Assembly (NCBI GenBank): GCA_964483845.1
Contig: CAZADJ010000002.1
Coordinates: forward strand, 1-34,898
Direction of reading: 5' to 3'
Source: an uncultured Actinomycetota bacterium
GTDB taxonomy: Bacteria; Actinomycetota; Nitriliruptoria; Nitriliruptorales; JAHWKO01
Length of the DNA: 34,898 nucleotides
A program made the translations under genes and the position numbers. The notes beneath the pieces are model-generated. The model saw nothing but the letters and a program-made list of their open reading frames with translations, was not told the origin of the DNA and searched no databases. Positions 28,939 to 34,898 of the stretch are shown piece after piece (positions within the stretch are counted from its first letter, which is position 1; every line of letters begins with the position of its first letter).

Positions 28939-30970
28939 GGACGATCTCCAGCTGCGGCGCGGTGGGGCGGATGCGGCGGACCAGCCACCAGGCGAGCAGG
29001 GCGGCGAACATCGCCCCGAGGCTCAGGAGCGCCGGGACGCTGATCGCCATGGAGTTCACGACGACCTGCTCCTCGGCCAGGAGCATGGAATCGGGGCTCC
29101 CGGCGACCGCGGCGCGGGCGATCACGGGGATGCGCCCGGTGGCCCCCGCGGACGTCGGGATCGCGATCGTGCGTCGCTCGCCCTCCTCGAGGGTGAACGT
29201 GCGCTCGGTCCCCTCGGGGAACTGGAGGCGCGGCGGCGCGTCGAGGCTGACGGTGACACGGATCGGCGGTCCCGCGGTCCGCGCCACCGTCAGCGGGATG
29301 GTGCCGTCCTGGTCGGTGAGGGTCACCTGCGAGTCGCGGGGCAGCTCCACCGCGCCGACGCCCTCGGCGACGGCGTCCCGGACCGCGGCGATGACGGACG
29401 CGGCCGCTTCCGGTCCGACGCTCGCGCTCGCCGCTCGGAGCAGGTCGCGGTCGAGCTGCTGCCAGGTGACGCCGCCGACGCCGGTGCCCGGCTCACGCAG
29501 GGCGTCCTGGAGCGCGACGACGTCCCGGCGGGCACCGGAGATCTCGCGGGCGAGCGCGCTCGTGAGTGCGATGTCAGGTGAGTGCAGGCGCGCAGCGGGG
29601 TACGGCTGCGGGACGGCGCCGAGCGCTCCGCCGATCCCCCCGACGGTGAGCCAGGGGGCCGAGTCGAGCGCGGCGAGCAGGTCGTCGGCGACGGCCGGGA
29701 GCGGCGACCAGTCGGGCGGCGGCAGCAACGTCAGTACCCGCTCGGGATCGTTCGGTCGCTCGAGGTGGATCAGCGCGGTCTCCGCGAGCACGCGCTGCAC
29801 CGCGACGGCCGGCGGGACGCTGCGGTCGGGGAGGAGATCGAGGAACCACGGATCGGTGGCGAGCGCGACCAGGCTGCCGCCGCCGGGGGTCAGCGCGTAG
29901 GGCGTCGCGGGGGTCCGAGGCGGACGCGGGTCGAGGTCCAGCTGCGACCGGTCGAGCAGGAGGGTGCGGACCCGCGCCGGGTTCAGCAGCTCCCGGGCGG
30001 TCGCGGGAGAGAGCGGCGTCGTGGCCCACATCGCGTCCGGGACCGGCCGGCGCTCCAGCACCTCCTCGGCGATCCGTCGCGATTCGAGCACGTGCTGGAG
30101 CGCCTCGAGGGGGAGATCGTGAGCGACGAGGCCGGCGAGGTCGGCGTCGGCGTAGGGACCGACCACCGGCGCCGGACTCCCGTCGAGGGTCTCACGCAGC
30201 CGGTCGAGGAACGCGTCGGCGACGGGGTCGTCGAGCTCCGCCAGGTCCTCCAGCAGGTGGGCGGAGACCAGGGGCTGCACCCGTGCGTCCGGACGCCGCT
30301 CCAGCGCCCACACGAGGCGCTCGAGGCGGCCTCCGGGTCGGATCTCGTCGATCAGCGCGTCGGTCCCGCCCGGACCCATCAGCGGCTCGGCGTGCAGCGG
30401 CCAGCCGAGCACCGTTCGCAGCGGCACGTGGGGGACCTCCGGGAGGCGGACGACGGCCGTGACGGTCTCGTCGAGGACCTCACGACCGTGGAGCAACGAG
30501 ACCCGCACCGGGTGCACGCCCCGGTCGGTCCAGCCGACGCGCTGCGAGTCGACCCGCACCTCGAGCGGTTCCAGCTCCTCCGGGGCGAGCGGCTGCCCTT
30601 CCCGGACGTCGGCGACCGTGTCGACGAGCAGCGGCGTCGTCGGAGAGCGTCCGTCGAGCGCGGCGTGGAGCTCGCTCCGGGAGCTCACGGCGCCGAACAC
30701 CTCGACGAACACCCGCAGCTCGCCGAGGTCGACCTGCCCGTCGTTGGCGACGAGCAGGCGGAGCGAGAGGTCGCTCTCCGCGCCCGGTACGTCGTCGGGC
30801 GACCCGACGATCGGGGTGATCGCGGTCGGGACGAGCGTGGCGGCGACCTCCAGCGGCGCGTCCTCCCGGGGGACCTCGACCTCTGCGGCGATCGCGGCAC
30901 CCCCGGCGATCACCGCCGGGACGATCAGCAGCGCGGCGGTGAGGAGCCACCGCGGGCGGGATGTGGTCAC
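28922..30970 (-). CDS. DUF6049-like exported glycoprotein-type protein
   Basis: Signal peptide, PYADADL, QRVLAETALI..ERP, APWL and a C-terminal TM with a basic tail; synteny with NUDIX/CCA. Confidence 0.75.
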   Translation of the reverse strand: MTTSRPRWLLTAALLIVPAVIAGGAAIAAEVEVPREDAPLEVAATLVPTAITPIVGSPDDVPGAESDLSLRLLVANDGQVDLGELRVFVEVFGAVSSRSELHAALDGRSPTTPLLVDTVADVREGQPLAPEELEPLEVRVDSQRVGWTDRGVHPVRVSLLHGREVLDETVTAVVRLPEVPHVPLRTVLGWPLHAEPLMGPGGTDALIDEIRPGGRLERLVWALERRPDARVQPLVSAHLLEDLAELDDPVADAFLDRLRETLDGSPAPVVGPYADADLAGLVAHDLPLEALQHVLESRRIAEEVLERRPVPDAMWATTPLSPATARELLNPARVRTLLLDRSQLDLDPRPPRTPATPYALTPGGGSLVALATDPWFLDLLPDRSVPPAVAVQRVLAETALIHLERPNDPERVLTLLPPPDWSPLPAVADDLLAALDSAPWLTVGGIGGALGAVPQPYPAARLHSPDIALTSALAREISGARRDVVALQDALREPGTGVGGVTWQQLDRDLLRAASASVGPEAAASVIAAVRDAVAEGVGAVELPRDSQVTLTDQDGTIPLTVARTAGPPIRVTVSLDAPPRLQFPEGTERTFTLEEGERRTIAIPTSAGATGRIPVIARAAVAGSPDSMLLAEEQVVVNSMAISVPALLSLGAMFAALLAWWLVRRIRPTAPQLEIVHDEAA

Positions 30971-31464
30971 CCCGCAGAACCCGGTTGGGGGTCAGAGACG
31001 TGCTGCCGGCCCGCCCCGAGGCGGACCTCCTTGCGACGGGCCTTCCTGACGAGGTTGCGCTCGTTGCGGTGCGCGAGACGCACCAGCGCGACGTCCACGG
31101 GGACCCACTCGACCGACTCGGCCTCGTCGTCCCGCGGTCCGGGTGGGCTGCCGTCGGTCTCCATCAGGAAGTAGTGGACGAACTTGTGGTAGCGCACACG
31201 ATCGGGCCGCCACACGAACCAGTAGTCGATCGTGCCGAGCTTCTCGCGGATGGTGGCCGAGTAGCCGGTCTCCTCGAGGACCTCCCGCAGCGCCGCCTCC
31301 TCGCGGGTCTCTCCCTCCTCGATGCGTCCCTTCGGGAGGGTCCACTGCGGCTCGCCGGCCGCGTTGCGCCGGGCGATGAGCAGCACCCACCGCTGACCGT
31401 CCGGGCGGTCCTCGACCACCACCCCGCCGGCGGACGTCGCCCGCTCCGTCGGGAACCGTGCCAC
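30967..31464 (-). CDS. NUDIX hydrolase (MutT4-like)
   Basis: SAGGVV, Nudix box [25 protein letters not shown] and IDYWF...HKFVHYFL; start approximate. Confidence 0.93.
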   Translation of the reverse strand: MARFPTERATSAGGVVVEDRPDGQRWVLLIARRNAAGEPQWTLPKGRIEEGETREEAALREVLEETGYSATIREKLGTIDYWFVWRPDRVRYHKFVHYFLMETDGSPPGPRDDEAESVEWVPVDVALVRLAHRNERNLVRKARRKEVRLGAGRQHVSDPQPGSAG

Positions 31465-31546
31465 TATCGCTCGCGCCGGTCGCGTCGCAACATGCACCGA
31501 GCGTAGCGCTCACGCGGCTGATGCCACCGTCGGCGGAGGAGGATGG

Positions 31547-31984
31547 ATGCGGGTGCTCGCGCAACGGGTATCGGAGGCGGAGGTGCGCGTGGACGGAGGG
31601 ACGGTGGGGCGGATCGGACCCGGGATGCTCGTCCTCGTCGGCGTCACCCACGGCGACGCGGATGACGACGCAGCGGCGCTGGCGCGGAAGATCTGGCACC
31701 TGCGGATCTTCGACGACGACGACGGCGCCATGAACCGCTCGCTCGCCGAGACACACCGATCGGTCCTGGTCGTGAGCCAGTTCACCCTCTACGGGGACAC
31801 GACCCGGGGACGGCGGCCGTCGTGGACGGCCGCGGCGCCCCCCGACGAGGCGGAGCCGCTGGTGGAGGCGTTCGCCGCTGAGCTCGAGGCGTTGGGGGCC
31901 GAGGTGGCGACGGGGCGGTTCGGTGCGCGTATGGCCGTCCGGCTCGTCAACGACGGGCCGGTTACCCTCCTGCTCGAGAGCTGA
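31547..31984 (+). CDS. dtd: D-aminoacyl-tRNA deacylase
   Basis: [31 protein letters not shown] and NDGPVT. Confidence 0.98.
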   Translation: MRVLAQRVSEAEVRVDGGTVGRIGPGMLVLVGVTHGDADDDAAALARKIWHLRIFDDDDGAMNRSLAETHRSVLVVSQFTLYGDTTRGRRPSWTAAAPPDEAEPLVEAFAAELEALGAEVATGRFGARMAVRLVNDGPVTLLLES

Positions 31985-31999
31985 TGGGGAAGGCCCTGC

Positions 32000-33076
32000 G
32001 TGGAGATCGAGCAGTACCTGAAGGAGGTCGTGGAACGACGCGGCTCGGACCTCCACCTGAAGGCCGGGGGGCCGGCGTTCATCCGGGTGGATGGGGACCT
32101 CGTGCCCCTGTCCACGCTCCCCGCGCTGTCCGCCCAGGACACCGAGCGCTTCGCCTTCTCGATGATGGACGACCGCACGACCCGTCGGTTCACCGACGCG
32201 AACGAGGCCGACTTCGCCTACACGGCGGACGACGTCGGGCGCTTCCGCGTCAACGTGTTCCGCCAGCGCGGGTCGGTCGGCATCGTGATGCGTCGGGTCG
32301 TGCCCGGCACCCCCGACTTCGAGCAGCTCGGGCTGCCCCCCGCCGTCCGCAAGCTCGCCGAGGAGCACCGCGGCCTCGTGCTCGTCACCGGACCGACGGG
32401 GTCGGGCAAGACCACGACCACCGCGGCGATGATCGGCCACATCAACCACAACCGCCGGTGTCACATCGTCACCATCGAGGACCCGATCGAGGTGCTCCAC
32501 CCCGACGACCGCGCGATCGTGGACCAGCGCGAGGTCGGGGTCGACACCGCCGGGTTCGCGGCCGCGTTGAAGCACGTCGCCCGTCAGGACCCCGACGTCA
32601 TCTTCATCGGGGAGATGCGCGACGAGGAGACGGTGACGGCGGCGATCCAGGCGGCGGAGACCGGGCACCTCGTCATCTCCACCCTGCACACCATCGATGC
32701 GCGGGAGACGGTGAACCGGATCGTCGACTTCTTCCCCCCGCACCAGCAGGGGCAGATCCGTACCGCGCTCGCGCAGTCGCTGAAGGGCGTGGTGTCACAG
32801 CGCCTCCTGCCGGCGGCGTCCGGCCACGGGCGGGTGCCGGCGGTCGAGGTGCTCGTCATGACCGCGCGACTCTCCGAGTTCGTCGTCGACCCGGCCAAGA
32901 CGGCACAGGTCACCGACGCGATCGCGGAGGGTGAGTACTACGGGATGCAGACCTTCGACCAGCATCTGCTCGCGCTGTACCGCGAGAACGAGATCACGCT
33001 GCGGGACGCGCTCACCGCCGCGTCCTCCCCGCACGACTTCCGGGTGGCGCTGAAGGCGGCCGGCCTCGGTTCGTGA
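32000..33076 (+). CDS. pilT: PilT/PilU-family type IV pilus retraction ATPase
   Basis: SDLHL, GRFRVNVF, GPTGSGKTTT, TIEDPIE, QDPDVIFIGEMRD, AAETGHLVISTLHT and GMQTFDQ. Confidence 0.92.
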   Translation: MEIEQYLKEVVERRGSDLHLKAGGPAFIRVDGDLVPLSTLPALSAQDTERFAFSMMDDRTTRRFTDANEADFAYTADDVGRFRVNVFRQRGSVGIVMRRVVPGTPDFEQLGLPPAVRKLAEEHRGLVLVTGPTGSGKTTTTAAMIGHINHNRRCHIVTIEDPIEVLHPDDRAIVDQREVGVDTAGFAAALKHVARQDPDVIFIGEMRDEETVTAAIQAAETGHLVISTLHTIDARETVNRIVDFFPPHQQGQIRTALAQSLKGVVSQRLLPAASGHGRVPAVEVLVMTARLSEFVVDPAKTAQVTDAIAEGEYYGMQTFDQHLLALYRENEITLRDALTAASSPHDFRVALKAAGLGS

Positions 33077-33165
33077 GCGCCGCGACGGGACGCTGGCCGA
33101 CCGGCCGCGGACCCCGGGGCGCTAGCCTGGTCCTCTCCCCCCACCTCCGAGGAACGTGACGACCG

Positions 33166-34644
33166 ATGACGCCCGCGGACCGCGCGACGCAGAGCGGAGC
33201 GGCAGACCCCGCACGGGGTGGCGCGCCGGCGCGCGTGCCGGTCGCGCCGATCAAGCGGCTCCTCGACGACCACCCGGAGATCGCCGAGCTCGGTGAGCGC
33301 TTCGGCGCCGAGGGTCACGAGCTCTACCTGGTCGGGGGCGCGGTGCGCGATGCGCTGGTCACCGACGGCGGCCGACCCGACCTCGACTTCGCGACCTCGG
33401 CGCGGCCCGGCGCGACCGAGGCGATCCTGCGGTCGTGGGCCGACCACGTCTGGGACGTCGGGGCCCGGTACGGGACCATCTCGGCGCGACGAGGGGACCG
33501 CACGGTCGAGGTCACCACCTACCGGGCGGACCGCTACGAGCCCGACTCCCGCCACCCTGACGTCACCTACGGCGACAGCATCGAGGGTGACCTCTCCCGC
33601 CGGGACTTCACCGTGAACGCGATGGCCGTCGCGATCCCCGACCTCACGTTCGTGGACCCGTTCGGCGGCCTCGACGACCTCGCGACGAGGACCCTGCGGA
33701 CCCCGGTCGAGGCGGAGAGGTCCTTCGCGGACGACCCGCTGCGCATGGTCCGCCTCGCCCGCTTCGTGTCCGTCCTGGACGCGCACCCCGACCGGGACAC
33801 GGCGGCCGCCGCCGGCGCGATGGCGGATCGCATCACCACCATCTCCGCTGAGCGGGTGCGCGACGAGCTGAACAAGCTGCTGGTCGGGGTCGAGCCCGGT
33901 CGCGGCACCGACCTCCTCGTGCGCACCGGGATCGCCGACCACGTGCTACCGGAGGTCGCAGCGCTCACCGAGTGCGTCGACCCCGAGCACCGGCACAAGG
34001 ACGTCTACGCACACACCCTCGCCGTGGTCGAGAACTGCGCGGACGTCGAACGCGACGGGCCGGACCTCACCCTGCGGCTCGCGGCGCTGCTCCACGACGT
34101 CGGCAAGCCCGACACCCGCGAGATCCATGCCGACGGGTCGGTCACCTTCCACCACCACGAGGCGGTCGGGGCGCGCCTGGCCCGCAAGCGGCTCAGATCG
34201 CTGCGCTACGACCGGCAGACCGAGGACGACGTCGGCCAGCTCGTCTTCATGCACCTGCGCTTCCACACCTACAAGATGGGGTGGACCGACTCGGCGGTGC
34301 GGCGCTACGTCCGCGACGCCGGCCACCTGCTGGGCCAGCTGAACGCGCTCACCCGCGCGGACGTCACGACGGGCAACCCGCACAAGGCGGCGCGGATCGC
34401 CCGCCGGATGGACGAGCTCGAGGAGCGCATCGACCAGCTGAAGCGCGAGGAGGAGCTCGACCGCCTGCGCCCGGCGATCGACGGCAACCAGATCATGCAG
34501 CACCTCGGGATCGAGCCGGGCCCGCTCGTCGGGGAGGCGTGGGAGCACCTGCTGGAGCTGCGCATCGAGCACGGCCCGATGGATGAGGACGAGGCCCGCG
34601 CCGCGCTCGACGAGTGGTGGGAGCGTCGCCGGTCCGAGGGGTGA
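33166..34644 (+). CDS. CCA tRNA nucleotidyltransferase (with HD domain)
   Basis: LVGGAVRD, DLDFAT, EVTTYR, DLSRRDFTVNAMA, DDPLRM, HKDVYAHT and LLHDVGKP. Confidence 0.96.
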   Translation: MTPADRATQSGAADPARGGAPARVPVAPIKRLLDDHPEIAELGERFGAEGHELYLVGGAVRDALVTDGGRPDLDFATSARPGATEAILRSWADHVWDVGARYGTISARRGDRTVEVTTYRADRYEPDSRHPDVTYGDSIEGDLSRRDFTVNAMAVAIPDLTFVDPFGGLDDLATRTLRTPVEAERSFADDPLRMVRLARFVSVLDAHPDRDTAAAAGAMADRITTISAERVRDELNKLLVGVEPGRGTDLLVRTGIADHVLPEVAALTECVDPEHRHKDVYAHTLAVVENCADVERDGPDLTLRLAALLHDVGKPDTREIHADGSVTFHHHEAVGARLARKRLRSLRYDRQTEDDVGQLVFMHLRFHTYKMGWTDSAVRRYVRDAGHLLGQLNALTRADVTTGNPHKAARIARRMDELEERIDQLKREEELDRLRPAIDGNQIMQHLGIEPGPLVGEAWEHLLELRIEHGPMDEDEARAALDEWWERRRSEG

Positions 34645-34647
34645 GCG

Positions 34648-34848
34648 GTGTCGGCCTGGCGTGACCACCGCGACGAGGGGGTCGCGCGACCGGAACCGCC
34701 GGGAGCGGACGAGCCGGCCTTCTACGCGGCGATCGGCGACCACCAGGGCGACCGGTACCGCCGCAACGCCTTCGCGCGACACACCGACGACGCGGCCGTT
34801 GTCCGCCTCGACGAACCCGAGCTGCTCGTGGTCTGCCGGCGCCCGTGA
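34648..34848 (+). pseudogene. Possible internally deleted methyltransferase remnant (66 aa)
   Basis: FY..IGD.QG..Y.RNAF..HT resembles a SAM-methyltransferase N-terminus and is joined directly to a C-terminal strand-like EPELLVVCRRP; no SAM-binding motif. Confidence 0.4.
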
Positions 34849-34898
34849 CCACCCGTGACCATCAGATCGCGCGCGGCGGCGGAGGCCACACGCGCGCC

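Overview
Very GC-rich actinobacterial chromosome segment that spans the replication origin. Gene content resembles deep-branching Actinomycetota, but the taxon is an inference. Left arm (minus strand): dnaA, oriC, dnaN, recF, dciA, gyrB, gyrA, DUF3566, tRNA-Ile(GAT). Plus strand: rpmH, rnpA, yidD, yidC, jag, two parS sites, rsmG, parA, parB. Next come rpiA, a HAD hydrolase, ddl and a PLP aminotransferase; a small membrane peptide and a GNAT convergent on a CwlM-like pseudo-amidase; trxBA with a SigR/SigH-type promoter; a B-box membrane protein and a methyltransferase. A coupled operon follows (NUDIX, DUF6049-like, TadE-like, Ser/Thr kinase, SigM-like ECF, anti-sigma), then dtd, a PilT-family ATPase, the CCA-adding enzyme and a probable methyltransferase remnant. 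I saw no mobile element, CRISPR array or defence island, and I cannot support a clearly new large system. The best anomalies are: (1) rnpA has no start codon for its conserved N-terminus and is in frame with rpmH behind one TGA; (2) the usual murJ/pseudokinase slot has no murJ but a TadE-like gene and an intact kinase, while CwlM lacks its phospho-tail; (3) a 7-unit drifting 13-bp array in a divergent promoter region; (4) a perfect LexA-type box between convergent genes next to a 22-aa ORF; (5) an ECF promoter inside the sigma gene's own 3' end; (6) a lone PilT-like ATPase between tRNA-3'-end enzymes. All family assignments come from motif recognition, not database searches.
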